This document shows, piece by piece, positions 24,708-36,929 of a stretch of 64,000 nucleotides of DNA (the first letter of the stretch is position 1; the number at the start of each line of letters is the position of its first letter). Source of the DNA: Tubulanus polymorphus. Its lineage: Eukaryota > Animalia > Nemertea. The DNA lies in contig NC_134028.1 in the NCBI RefSeq assembly GCF_964204645.1, positions 16,189,653-16,253,652 of the forward strand, in the 5' to 3' direction. Position numbers and translations under genes: made by a program. A model generated the notes under the pieces. The model was given only the letters and a program-made list of their open reading frames with translations, did not search any database and was not told the DNA's origin.

Positions 24708-24861
24708 CTTTAATCAAATCGCCTCGTTTACGAAAACCGATTCGATTTACTAATCCTCTCCAGTTTCCGACATCGAATCGGATTTAGCTAAACCGAATCA
24801 GATTCAATTTCGTAAAAGCGCCTTAAGTGTTACTCATTGAATATGATCATGCCTGGTTTTA

Positions 24862-27180
24862 TTATTTTTTAAAGTGCGACAAAATACTATCTACATTCTC
24901 AGCGTATATAGGTGTTAAGAAACAAAAGTTATTCACAATGTCACTAGGTCCGTTCAGGCTGTTGAATTTTTGCACAATTTGTTCCGCTAAACTCTCAGTT
25001 AATCCTGTAAAGATTTCCGCATCGACGTATTCCATTTCAATTGATCTGTTCTCTTCCTCGAAGTAGGACATCAGCAGCTCCTTTACTTTAGATTTATAGG
25101 GTATTTCAGTTGTGTAGTATAATCCTACAATTTTTTCTGAAATGTTTACTAAGCATTCATCACATTCACATTGTTTTTCACACACGTCGCAGCAGTCATG
25201 TTTAAGTCCACTAAAGACTTGTTCATTGAAGCCAAAATTTTGGCAAACATATAAGCGGCGACACGTATTTAGTAAGCAGTATTGCCTCATTTCTGCCTCA
25301 TTTTCTTGATTTCTCCCAGCTCGTCCGATTTCTTGAAGATAAACTGTAACCAAAATAAAAATGTATTAAATTCACAATTTGTGAACACCGGTTCATCTGA
25401 GTTGATAAAGCAATCCAGGTAAGGATTTTGTATTTCGTTTTGATAAAAACACTCCAACGCAGAGATTATATGATTAAAACCCAATTCAAATTTAAGAGTT
25501 AAAAAACAATTTTTCAAAAAAGAGAACGTTTCAAAGTCTAATGTAGAATTTTGTTTCTAATGTTTTGAATTAGTACAAAGTGGGTTTTAATGATACAATG
25601 ATACTTTACCTTCCAATGAATTTGGGGATCCTATGTGTATGATCTGACATATGCCTCGTGCATCAGCTCCCATTCCGTACGCTTCTGTAGCTATTAATAA
25701 TCGAATTTTGCCTTCTGCTTGGTTCATATCAGTGCCTATACATTTCTTCATCTGTAATACAATGTAATATGAAATTTTATATATTTTTATTGGGTCAATC
25801 GGACACAAGATGGCCCTCCCGTGAGCTTTCTAATCGCGTCATTTTTCAATTCACTGAAATTTGTAATCTACTTTCGGAAGGGATTTGTATTTCAAATGTG
25901 TACTTTAAAATGTGTATTGATAGCTGAAAAATAAATTTTATTGTTTTACTACTGATTATCAAGCTTACCTCTGCTGTTGAGGGTGCATGAAACTGAGACA
26001 CTAACTCCATCTTTTCGGGATGATTTCTAACTACCGACTGTTGGTAGATGTGGTCATAAAGTAATCCACACCATTTCAGCTTTACATATATAATAGTCCT
26101 CGGGAAATCAGTACTTTGGAAAAACAAATTAATCACAGGTTTGGCCGTTTCTAAAAATATCCTTCAGCTGAATGGTGTTGACTTGGAGACATTCTTTTCA
26201 CTACTGACAGGTTTATGTTCTCTCTGTCAGGATTTGCACAAATTGTAACCTAGTTTTGCATCAACAGATTTATTTTGATTTCATCCTGCATTCTTACAGT
26301 TACAGTTCCTGTCATCGCAATGAATTTTGCATTTTGAAAATATGCTCTTAACTTCGATAACTGATGGTATTCTGGTCGAAACTTTTCACCCCACTGTGTG
26401 ATACAACTGATACAATGCGCTTCATCTATGATTACATGGGTTACTTTAGTCGTGAAGCATTCTTTTTGAAGTACGCTGCAGATTTGTTTTGAGAGGATTA
26501 TTTCGGGATGTCCGATTATATATCTGCAGTCTCCCTTTTCGAAGTTCTCAGAAATATCCCCTAAAAAATGGAAGCTACAATGTAATATTTCTGCTGCAGG
26601 ACCACAAGCAGTCTGTCCTGTGTCCATATAATGTCTCACTGTAGTACTAGTACAGCGAATTGCTTGCGCAGGGATTCGAACCCTGATCAGCAGAAATACT
26701 ACATCATCATTGTTGCATCTTGAAGTTTACTAAAGTATTTGTTTAGAGGTGGGAAGCTGAAGTTAAAAGCTGTTTACGTGGAAAACATTGTTCCTGAGCA
26801 AGGCTCTTGCCTACTAATTTCTACCTACTAGCAACAGATCTTCAACATCAACGAATCAAATGAAACTTGGAGTATGGGCACAAGTTACGTACTAACCTTC
26901 TCCTTTTAATCACACAGCGCCTTTTAAGACTTGTTTTTCTTCTCAGATGACATTTAATGGTGCTACGATGATTACTTTAGATGCGGAGCAAAGGTCATCT
27001 TTTTGAGTTAGGTAATCATTATCCACGATCACATCGACGATACGCGGAAGAAGTTCGCAGATCAGACTTTTACCATACCCAGTCGGTAACACAACGATCG
27101 CATCCGATTTTAGGGCAGCCTTGGCCTTTAATTGTTGTACTTTAAGACACTGGATTTCTTTCGATGTTCAACTGGGAATG
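24862..27180 (-). pseudogene. Intron-containing RecQ-like SF2 helicase (AcademH-type), decayed
   Basis: VLPTGYGKS and IIVAPLN (~27090-26955, read manually), IIDEAHC...WGEKFRPEY, ATEAYGMGAD, YLQEIGRAGR, CRR...CCDVC zinc domain; several stops; GT-AG introns such as ~26563-26897. Confidence 0.85.
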
Positions 27181-27698
27181 CGCACGTTTAATACGCAGAA
27201 CTTTACGCAACTCCTCAATTCTGCGCCACCTGCATTCGCAGTCAGAATAGGACAGGTTTAACCCGTCCGCCATCTTCCGCGGAATATACGGATCCAATCA
27301 GATTTCAGTATTTCATCACGTGAACAATGTAACATGGCCGCCTCCAGAGTGTCTCGATTTACGTTCTATGGACCTCTTAAAAGTCGATTTTTACATCAAT
27401 GGAAGAAAGAAACTCGACCAAAACTATTAGGTTACGCTTCTGCGAGAACCTGTACTGCGTGTGGCCTCGAAGATATCGACATACAAGGCAGTATGTCTCC
27501 GTTACAGCACCATCAAAATCTACCCTGCTCAAAGGAACGCTTGTCAATCGACAACAATACCGACGAACTTGAGATGGAAAAACCAATTTCTACTGACTGA
27601 CTTACTGAACTGAACCAGCCATGCAGCAGAGGCAACGCCGGCAATTTGTTTGTTCACTTAAGATGTCTGATTGATTATGCTCAATGTGACACGAGATA

Positions 27699-30600
27699 CA
27701 GTAGACTCCGCTTACCTCGAAATTCTTGGGACTGCAAAATTTTTTCTGAGGTATGCGATTTCCGAGGTATATAAGGTCCGCAAATTTTGTCATAAAAAAA
27801 TTGTTGCCGACACGTGAGCTCAAATTATCCTTGTTATACTAATCTATGTTGAATAAACATTGTATATGTACCATATCTGACAGGTTTTTATTGTTATTTC
27901 AATCAAAACCTCATATCCCCAGGGAGATTTGACTTGTTATCTTTTATATAAAAACATCGTAATGTAGTACACCAAGTAAAGCCTCCTTCCCAGTTGAGAG
28001 AATTTAAAAACACATGGGTTTGATGCGGTTCCTGAACTTCGCTGAAAAAGCTGAATCACTGAAACGCTGAAATAAAAACGCTGAAATTTCAGGGAATTTC
28101 CGAAAAACGCCGAAATTTCAGGGAATTCCCGAAAAACGCTGAAATCGTGCTAGGTACCAACAATACACGTTTTGAAATATTTTCCGGGCCGGTGTCCGCT
28201 GCCGAGTCCTGAACCGTGTTTTAGTCTCTACCTTCGGTTACAGAGACATGCATGGACAGTATGTGTGGAGTATACTTCTAGAGGGCCACTTGTTGGACAA
28301 ATTAATTCGCTTGAAATCCGGATTTTTAATGCATACAGGCAGCATAATGAGGAAAACCCATTCATAAACCGTGCAAGCCAACTTAAACACTATGCTCAAT
28401 ATTCCCTGCAAGACGCAAAATATCTTATTTGAACGTTCATGTATAAAACATGCAGCAACTTTTCTTTTGTCAACACGTTGATGGGCGACGGACTATGTCA
28501 CTATGGTATTCTCTGAAGGAGGTAAATTAAATTTGACAGCTAGTTATATAAATGATGCAGCTTTTGGACAAAAGGGATCTAACTAAATTTCTTTTTAATT
28601 CACTGTGGAATGGAATGGAATGGATTGACGCCAATGGCATGCAGTAGGCCCCTACGTATGGGTCATACTGATTAGCGTCAACCAATTAATCTAAATCGGG
28701 CTAACCATTCAACAACTGTGAATAATTTATTTGCTGTGGCGTGATAATAATTAGTTTTTTTGAAGAAATGACATACCAACTGTTAGAAAAATGTACCGAT
28801 TCTTATTTTTAGACTACTACTGAATCTATAAAAGGAGGAGTCATAGACAAAGTTGATTTGCTTAGCTGGTGACACTTCTTGTCAAGTACATCATCTCAAG
28901 TACTGGGTGTTTTGTAAGTTTAATTTCAGTATTTATTTACTAAGTGCTGTTCTCTCGGACCTCAGTGCTTTCAAACTAGGCCCACCCCATAGGCTATATA
29001 GTCCAGGGTGCATTAGCCACTATTCTTTTATATCCGACTAAAATGCACCTTTTTCTATTTTTAGATTCAGGCTTAGAATGTGCAAATTTTTTGAGATACT
29101 GAGAAATCAGATGGCACCAGTAAACTTCAACTGCGAAATTTGCAGCAGGATAGCTGAACGACACAATTTTTAAAAATAAAATGGCTATTCGAATGCTATT
29201 TCAATAATAACTTGATTCAACCTGAGAGAAATAAGTCAATTGCGGATGTACAGTACACCCACTTTTCTTCCCTGTTTCCTGGTACCAAATTTTTAGTCTT
29301 AAGCTAAGCGATATTCTAAGGTATACTAGTGGATTTCATTAGAATATGAAGCAATGGAACCAGAATTCTAGCCAGAGTTAAGCGAACTATTGATTCTGAT
29401 ATAATGTAAGAACTGATTTCCTTTGTATACTCTTGCAGAATGTGTTATGTTTTATTTCAAGCTGTTAAATAATATAGTTAGACAAATGTCCAATTATTGG
29501 ATCTTTCTTGTTGACTCGTTTAATTTTGTGAGTTAAGAGTTCCAGTCAATCCACAATGTGCAGTGCCTAGCCTTCATCTACACTAAAGCCAAGCCTGTGT
29601 ATGGGAAAAAAATATCGTTCGACTCCTATAGGCCAGACACATCAAAGCATGCAATACATTGCAGATAGTAGTCTCCGGCAAGTCGAAAGAGAAAGTGAAC
29701 CAGGTTTTACCCCGTACCCTACCCGGGAACAAAGACACTTAAAGATTCCTTCCTCCTTGTAGAAATTGTAGAAATATGGCACCCAATTGTAGCAATGCTA
29801 AGTACAGTATACTATGACGGTTGAACCTTTCTTAACGAATTTCAATGACACCGAAAATAGAATCAAAATAATCATTAGTTCCATGCTAGCACTTAATTTG
29901 GGTTATCAGGTTCAGCCTAACTGTACTTTCATTCAGCTACTACTTGTATGAGACTTGGTAATGATAAGTTGCAAGAAATCACCAAACATAAGAAAAAATA
30001 TTGTGAATTAATATTACTGTGTTTAAGAATTTATTCAAATGAAGTGATAACTTCATTGTTAGATCGTACCGGTATATGCACATAAAACTATGGCAAAAAA
30101 CACATCTAACAATCCACGCAATCCGCAATCGATCAAGTCGATCATGACGACGACCTTAAGGCATGTCTCTGTAACCGAAGGTAGAGCATAAAACACGGTT
30201 CAGGACTCATCAGCGGACACCGGCCCGGAAAAAATTTCAAAACGTGTATTGTCGGTACCTAGCACGATTTCAGCGTTTTTCGGGAATTCCCTAAAAATTT
30301 CGGCGTTTTTCGGAAATTCCCTGAAATTTCAGCGTTTTTATTTCAGCGATTCAGCTTTTCAGTGTTTCAGCTTTTTCAGCGAAGTTCAGGAACCGGGGTT
30401 TGATGTGTAGTGACAAGTCTATAGCTCCGCCTACATCCATTCAATTGACTATTCGTATTAAAGACAGCCGAGAGCTAGCGTGACTGGTACGCTTCCAATT
30501 CTTACGATCATCAGTATATCTATCGCAATACACGTGGTAACACAGTACAGATGTTGATTCACGTCGCGTCCAAGAACAGGTATTGATTAATCTGTTTCAA

Positions 30601-30860
30601 GTTGTTATGCAGTAGGCTAGGGATGCGTTTTTGAAAAAATATTGTCGGGACGATGTTCAGAATTTCCGAGGTACACGATTTTAGGACTCAATTTATAAAA
30701 AAAAATCATTCTGAGGTATGCGATATTCCGACGTATGCAACTCCGAGCTACTCGGAGATTTTCATTTAAGAAATAATTGCATTAAGAAAAATATTTTAGA
30801 TTTGTTCTGAGCTAAGCAATATTCCGAGGTGTATGACTCCGAGGTATGCGGAGTCTACTG
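27699..30860. mobile_element. Tc1/mariner (pogo-like) MITE carrying a nested insertion
   Basis: TA|CAGTAGACTCCGCTTACCTCG ... CGAGGTATGCGGAGTCTACTG|TA; subterminal (C/T)GAGGTAT repeats; ~780 bp without the insert. Confidence 0.88.
28026..30395. mobile_element. Non-autonomous long-TIR DNA transposon with 10-bp TSD (AcademH- or MULE-type)
   Basis: ~225-bp TIRs starting CGGTTCCTGAACTTCGCTGAAAAAGCTG; TSD GGGTTTGATG at 28016-28025 and 30396-30405; no coding capacity seen. Confidence 0.92.
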
Positions 30861-32498
30861 TATTAACAGTCAATTCAGTGTGGTAAAAATATCAGCCAAT
30901 ACGACAGGTAACTTCACTTACTTCACTTAAATATCTTTTAAAACTTGTGAACAGTAAAAGAATACTTATTTACAAATATTCCGTTGATTGTCTACTGTAG
31001 GTCATTGTGTGTGTTATGATGAAGATTTTCTGAGATACAACTCAGGATTTCTTAAGAATTAGAAGTTATGCGTATTAAATTGAATGAGCTCAACATGCAC
31101 AGAATGAATTATTGTTGTATCATGGTAAGTTTGATAAACCGATGAATCATGAATTGAAAAGTCAATCCAGGTTTAATTGTTAGTATATCTATAATGATTT
31201 AATTTCAGAAAGTATCTTCAATCACGAATCAAAGAGATTAAACGAATCCAGCACTAATTGTCATCAAATGAGATTCCAAATAACGGTAACTCCTAGATCC
31301 TGATACAGTGATAAGGTTTAAAGTGCTGGATTTTATGAATAACTATACGAGCGAGCATGCAATTGGAAGTGAGATTGGATTTGGGCCTACTGTCTGGTCA
31401 AGAATTGGTCTTTGTGATTCGAGTTAAGTTAGAGATATCAGTGTCATTCTGTTGTCATAAAATGTAATTTCATACAATACGTATGTCACCGTTTTGTCAG
31501 GCTGTCTGTATATTGAAAAAGATTTTGCACTAGAAGTGGACAATAAATACAGAATAGCAGTAAAAAGAGTTTGTCGTGATGGATTTTATACTCAATTTCT
31601 AGCAAAAATCATGTGTGGTCCATGAGGAGAGGAAAATATTGCGAATATCCAGTCAGATGATCTCTGGTCTTACCCAAGTCTGTCCCAACTCACTGTCTGT
31701 ATCGAGAATATTAGTAGAGATGCTGCAGTGGATCCAAATATCTGATCTCACAAAATACTGACAAGGAGTTCAACTATTGTAAACTTTATTCAGACTTTAG
31801 TCATTTTCACATCATCATAATCACAACAATTCACTGAATATATTCCAGATACGGTTGATAAAGAAAGCATGCCCCCCTTCGGACAAGTTCCTTCAGAATG
31901 ACTATCACAGCTGAGCCCTTTTTCTTACCTACAAAATGAATAAGTATCAATTGAGTTGTCTGTTTGAATTCCGAGTAAATATCAGCGGATTAATTCGATA
32001 CTTACAGCAATTAATGCCTTTTCCTAGGTCTTTAAATTTCCGTTTGTTTGCTGATTACATTTATGATTCGTAGATTATCAGCTGATTTACTGTAATCAAT
32101 CATTCCAGTGCGATTTTGATATTACTCTTAGTTTCGCTTATTCGATGAGACACCATTTTAACCCGGAAGTAACTCGATACTGACATGTTTGACATGCATC
32201 GAAAATGTAAAATGGAGGATGGGATCAACCGGTCGCTAACTGAAGGTAGAGATGTTACGCCCCAAGTGAGAATACAACCCAAGTTGAAATATAGTTGCAT
32301 CTAAAATCCGAACTCCGCTACGACGGAAACGCTGATATGTTACTTAATTAGATGGCGCCAGCTACCGGTGCAAAAATAGTCGAGGCTCGAATTTATCCTT
32401 TTTTCACCAGGTTTTTGATCTGATCAAAACAGTAAGCTCACATCGATATGAAATCTTTAATTAACTAAAATTCACACCATTCATTCTATATTTAAACT

Positions 32499-34160
32499 TG
32501 ACATGGACGGAGTGGACATTATTCAATGTTGTGGTTGTAGTAGCCAATTTGCTCTCTCACTCGTCACAACGTCAACGGCTAATATAATGTAGGCCCTAAC
32601 GTCTATTTGCAACTTGTTGACTTTGACTTGAGACCACATCAGGTGGCCTAGCTCAGTCTGTTTTGATGGTACATACCTGATAAAAGTCTTGTTAGGACCA
32701 GAAAGTACTGGCAGTGGACTTTAAACATTGATTTTTAATCCATTCTTCGCTTTATCAGGGGCGGATCCAGGGGGATGGGTAGACAGTATTGGAAGGAAAT
32801 TTAAGGGCACGTTTCTTATCTTTAGGGCACACTCAGTATCCAGGTCAATGCGAGCGCTGAAGGCGCGAAGTCTTTCGAGGGGGGTTTGGGGACCCACACC
32901 CAGAAAACTTTGAAAATATGGTACCATTTAGGCCTCAAGGCTTTTAGAGGGCTTCTAGAGACTAGCAGAGCAATCCAGAATAAACGAATCCAAGACAAGA
33001 TTTTAACAGATGCGGATAAAAAATGAAGCTGGCGAACCCATGAAAGAATGGTTGTCGCCACAAGATCAACAATGAATTTCATAGAAGACACCTTTGAAAA
33101 ACACTGGCATTGTGTTTTTATATTTTTCCTAGTGCCCCTATAATCTTTAAAAGTGCCCCTTAACAATTATACAGAATACGGCTAAATGCCCCTTCATTGT
33201 TAACAATCGGCAAAAATTGCCTCGTCTTCACATTTATCCGTATGTCGTGTGCCGTATTCCTAACCAAAAGTGCCCCTAAAATTTTAAAAATTAGGCAAAA
33301 AAGGGCCTTTTTTCTTCAGCATTCACCGCGAATTAAAGCCAGAGCGTGCCCCTTGAAAAGGCAAAGTGCCCTTTTCTTCAACATTCTCCGCGTATAGTGC
33401 CCTCTTCTAAAGTACGAGTGCCCTTTTAGCCCTCCCTGAAAAGGCAAGAACAAGGTGCCCTCATCTAAAGCATGAGTGCCCCTTGAAAAAGGAGTGCCTT
33501 CTGATTTATCATGAGTAAATGCCTAATATCAAATATGATTATCTCTCATCACTTTCTCAGCAGCAGTATTTACCGATTAATTTTATAATTATGCCCGGAT
33601 TCCGGACACAAAATTAGCGGTTACTTAAATAATGCCGTCAAAAATATCGCAGGTGAAATTTTGAAGGGCACTTAAAAATAATAGACCGTATTGGGCAATA
33701 CGGCTAATACGGTCTGGATCTGCCCGTGGATATCCAAAAAGTCTTCATTGAAAGGGGTTCATGAGAGAAAAGAGACTCCATGATTTTAAAGTTTACAAAT
33801 GTTTCCATGCCTACCAACTGAAGTTTGGTGTGTAGGCATGGAAACATATTGTTAAACTTTCAAATCATGGTCATGGAGTCAATTTTCTCTTTTTAACCCC
33901 TTTCAGTGAAGACTTTTTGGATATCCTTCAATAAAATGAAGAATGGAATCAAAATCAATGTTTTAGGTCCAGTGCCAGTATTCTTGTCCTAATAAGACTT
34001 GTTTCAGGTATGGACCACCAAAACTGACTGAGCTAAGCCACCTGATATGCTCTCAAGTCGAGTTGAAATAGACTTTAGTCTGAATACCAGTCGTTACGGT
34101 TCCCTACAACGACGGCTAGGTACTAGACTACACAACAGTGAACTCCAGTCCATCGTCAGT
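32499..34160. mobile_element. Foldback (palindromic) MITE interrupted by a hAT-like insert
   Basis: Arms such as GACTTGAGACCACATCAGGTGGCCTAGCTCAGTC / GACTGAGCTAAGCCACCTGATATGCTCTCAAGTC; centre near 33820 (GTTTCCATGCCTAC...GTAGGCATGGAAAC); outer limits approximate. Confidence 0.75.
32756..33728. mobile_element. hAT-like non-autonomous element
   Basis: TIRs CAGGGGCGGATCCAG / CTGGATCTGCCCGTG; many subterminal GTGCCC/GGGCAC motifs; no intact TSD. Confidence 0.65.
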
Positions 34161-34439
34161 TTTTTGGTTGGAGCATAGAACTATGGTTGGAGTTGGATAT
34201 TTTGCCAATGCGGCGGTATTATTTTAGTAAACGATGTTTTGCCGATGGCTAAATATAATAAGATATAGGCCTACTTATAAGATATACGACGTAAAATATA
34301 ATCTATGTTAGGGTTAGGGTTTCGATAGGGTTACAGGGTCCAGGTTAGGGTGAGGTTTTTATTAGGGTTGTGTTTTACCCCTAGGGATAGGGTTAGGGTA
34401 AGGTGAGACTATATGTTGTCAAAACTTAAGCTGGATTGC

Positions 34440-34512
34440 GAAAACCTCGGTGGGTCTAGTGGGAATATGTTACGCTTGCAATTTGCTGGTCCGGGTTTGA
34501 ATCCTGCTCATG
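34440..34512 (+). repeat. Possible degenerate tRNA-derived SINE head
   Basis: A-box-like TGGGTCTAGTGG and B-box-like GGTTTGAATCC at tRNA-like spacing; no full cloverleaf. Confidence 0.35.
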
Positions 34513-34651
34513 CTCATATTTTCTTTAGGTAGCTCTGTTCTCCACACTTTCCTTCAATTTTCTAAGTCGTCCACCTCAGTGCGCATGCGCAGCATCAATC
34601 GGCCAATCAGAACGAGCCATTGGCAAAATATCACCTGCCCTATTTAAGAAT

Positions 34652-35030
34652 TTGACTTGAGAGTACATCAGGTGGCCTAGTTCAGTCAGTTTTGGTAAAG
34701 GTCTTGGTAAAAACTTTGACCTGATAAAGGTCTTATTAGAACCAGAAAGGACTGGCAGTTGACCTAAAACATCGAGTTTAAATCCACCCTTCACTTTATT
34801 GAAGGATATCCAAAAATTAAAAAGAGGACAGAGACTCCATGATGTGAAAGTTTAACAATATGTTTCCATGCCTACCAACTGAAGTTTGGTATATAGGCAT
34901 GGAAACGTTCGAGTCAATTTTCTCTTCAAACCCATTCAATGAAGACTTTTTTGATATCCTTCAATACAGTTCAAAATGGATTAAAATCATATGTTTTAGG
35001 TCAACTGCCAGTCCTTTCTGGTCCTAATAA
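34652..35030. repeat. Second, partial copy of the foldback MITE
   Basis: Same arm (ACATCAGGTGGCCTAGTTCAGTC) and centre (GTTTCCATGCCTACCAACTGAAGTTTGG...GGCATGGAAAC) without the hAT-like insert. Confidence 0.8.
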
Positions 35031-35229
35031 AACCGGTTCAAGTCCAGGTTAGCGTGGACTAGTTCACTCAAAGATATATTTTTAAAAAGGAGTAATTCGG
35101 CCGTTGTGCACTCAGTTTTCTACCAACATACCGACCAACTGGCATATGACAAAAAATCTTTCAAAGAGTTATTTGGCTACAAACTTAGCGTTGTTTACTG
35201 ACATACTGACAAACCGACATACTCATAGC

Positions 35230-36900
35230 CCCTCGATCCAGCCACACAGGTAATCCAGGGCAAAACCCTGTCCCTCGATCCTAGCAATATTATACAAGGG
35301 TAATCCACGCGACACACAGCACCTCGATCCCAGCCACTTTGTATAAGGGTAATCCACGCGTCACACAGCATCTCGATCCCAGCCACTTTGTATAAGGATA
35401 ATCCATGTATCACACAGCACCTCGATCCCAGCCACTTTATATAAGGGTAATCCACGCGTCACACAGCACCTCAATCCCAGCCACATTGTATAGGGGTAAT
35501 CCACCCGACACACAGCACCTCGATCCCAGCCACTTTGTATAAGGGTAATCCACGCGTCACACAGCATCTCAATCCCAGCCACTTTGTATAAGGGTAATCC
35601 ACGCATCACACTACACCTCGATCCCAGCCACTTTATATAAGGGTAATCCACGCGTCACACAGCACCTCGATCCCAGCCACTTTGTATAAGGGTAATCCAC
35701 GCGTCACACAGCATCTCGATCCCAGCCACTTTGTATAAGGGTAATCCACGCATCACACTACACCTCGATCCCAGCCACTTTATATAAGGGTTATCCACGC
35801 GTCACACAGCACCTCGATCCCAGCCACTTTGTATAAGGGTAATCCACGCGTCACACAGCATCTCAATCCCAGCCACTTTGTATAAGGGTAATCCACGCAT
35901 CACACTACACCTCGATCCCAGCCACTTTATATGAGGGTAATCCACGCGTCACACAGCATCTCGATCCCAGCCACTTTGTATAAGGGTAATCCACGCATCA
36001 CACTACACCTCGATCCCAGCCACTTTATATAAGGGTTATCCACGCGCCACACAGCGCCTCGATCCCAGCCACTTTTTATAAGGGTAATCCACGCGTCACA
36101 CAGCACCTCGATCCCAGCCACTTTGTATAAGGGTAATCCACGCATCACACTACACCTCGATCCCAGCCACTTTATATAAGGGTAATCCACGCGTCACAGA
36201 GCACCCCGATGCCAGCCACTTTATGTAAGGGTAATCCACGCGTCGCACAGCACCTCAATCCCAGCCACATTGTATAAGGGTAATCCACCCGACACACAGC
36301 ACCTCGATCCCAGCCACTTTGTATAAAGGTAATCCTCGCGTCACACAGCATCTCGATCCCAGCCACTTTGTATAAGGGTAATCCACGCATCACACTACAC
36401 CTCGATCCCAGCCACTTTATATAAGGGTAATCCACGCGTCACACAGCACCTCGATCCCAGCCACTTTGTATAAGGGTAATCCACCCGACACACAGCACCT
36501 CGATCCCAGCCACTTTGTATAAGGGTAATCCACGCGTCACACAGCATCTCGATCCCAGCCACTTTGTATAAGGGTAATCCACGCGTCACACAGCACCTCG
36601 ATCCCAGCCACTTTGTATAAGGGTAATCCACGCGCCACACAGCACCTCGATCCCAGCCACTTCGTATGAGGGTAATCCACGCATCACACTACACCTCGAT
36701 CCCAGCCACTTTATATAAGGGTAATCCATGCGTCACACAGCACCCCGATGCCAGCCACTTTATGTAAGGGTTATCCACGCTTCACACAGCATCTCGATCT
36801 CAGCCACTTTATATAAGGGTAATCCATGCGACACACAGCACCTCGATCCCAGCCACTTTGTATAAGGGTAATCCACGCGACACACAGCACCTCGCTCCCA
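35230..36900. repeat. Minisatellite, 49-bp unit, roughly 33 copies
   Basis: Unit CACACAGCACCTCGATCCCAGCCACTTTGTATAAGGGTAATCCACGCGT repeated head-to-tail with no spacers. Confidence 0.97.
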
Positions 36901-36929
36901 GTTTCGCAATGTGATTAGCTATGCTCAGA

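Larger units (their letters stand above)
19932..24823. mobile_element. Full-length PIF/Harbinger DNA transposon (4892 bp)
   Basis: 24-bp TIRs AGGCGCGTTTACGAAACTGAATCT / AGATTCAATTTCGTAAAAGCGCCT (2 mismatches); TAA TSD at 19929-19931 and 24824-24826; convergent Myb-like and DDE genes. Confidence 0.95.

Noticed and set aside
26655-26720. tRNA gene (minus-strand GGTTCGAATCCC T-loop)
   Set aside because: No D-arm, anticodon arm or acceptor stem; at most a SINE relic inside a RecQ intron.
24862-27180. Host RecQ/WRN/BLM gene
   Set aside because: Minimal helicase with stops, no HRDC or N-terminal domains, paired with a transposase-like ORF; better explained as transposon-encoded.
34305-34405. Telomeric TTAGGG repeats
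   Set aside because: Only a few degenerate, interrupted copies; typical of short interspersed repeats, not a telomere.
35230-36900. CRISPR-like array or repetitive ORFs (MDYPYIKWLGSRC...)
   Set aside because: Contiguous 49-bp units with no unique spacers and no cas genes; the ORFs are by-products of the repeat.
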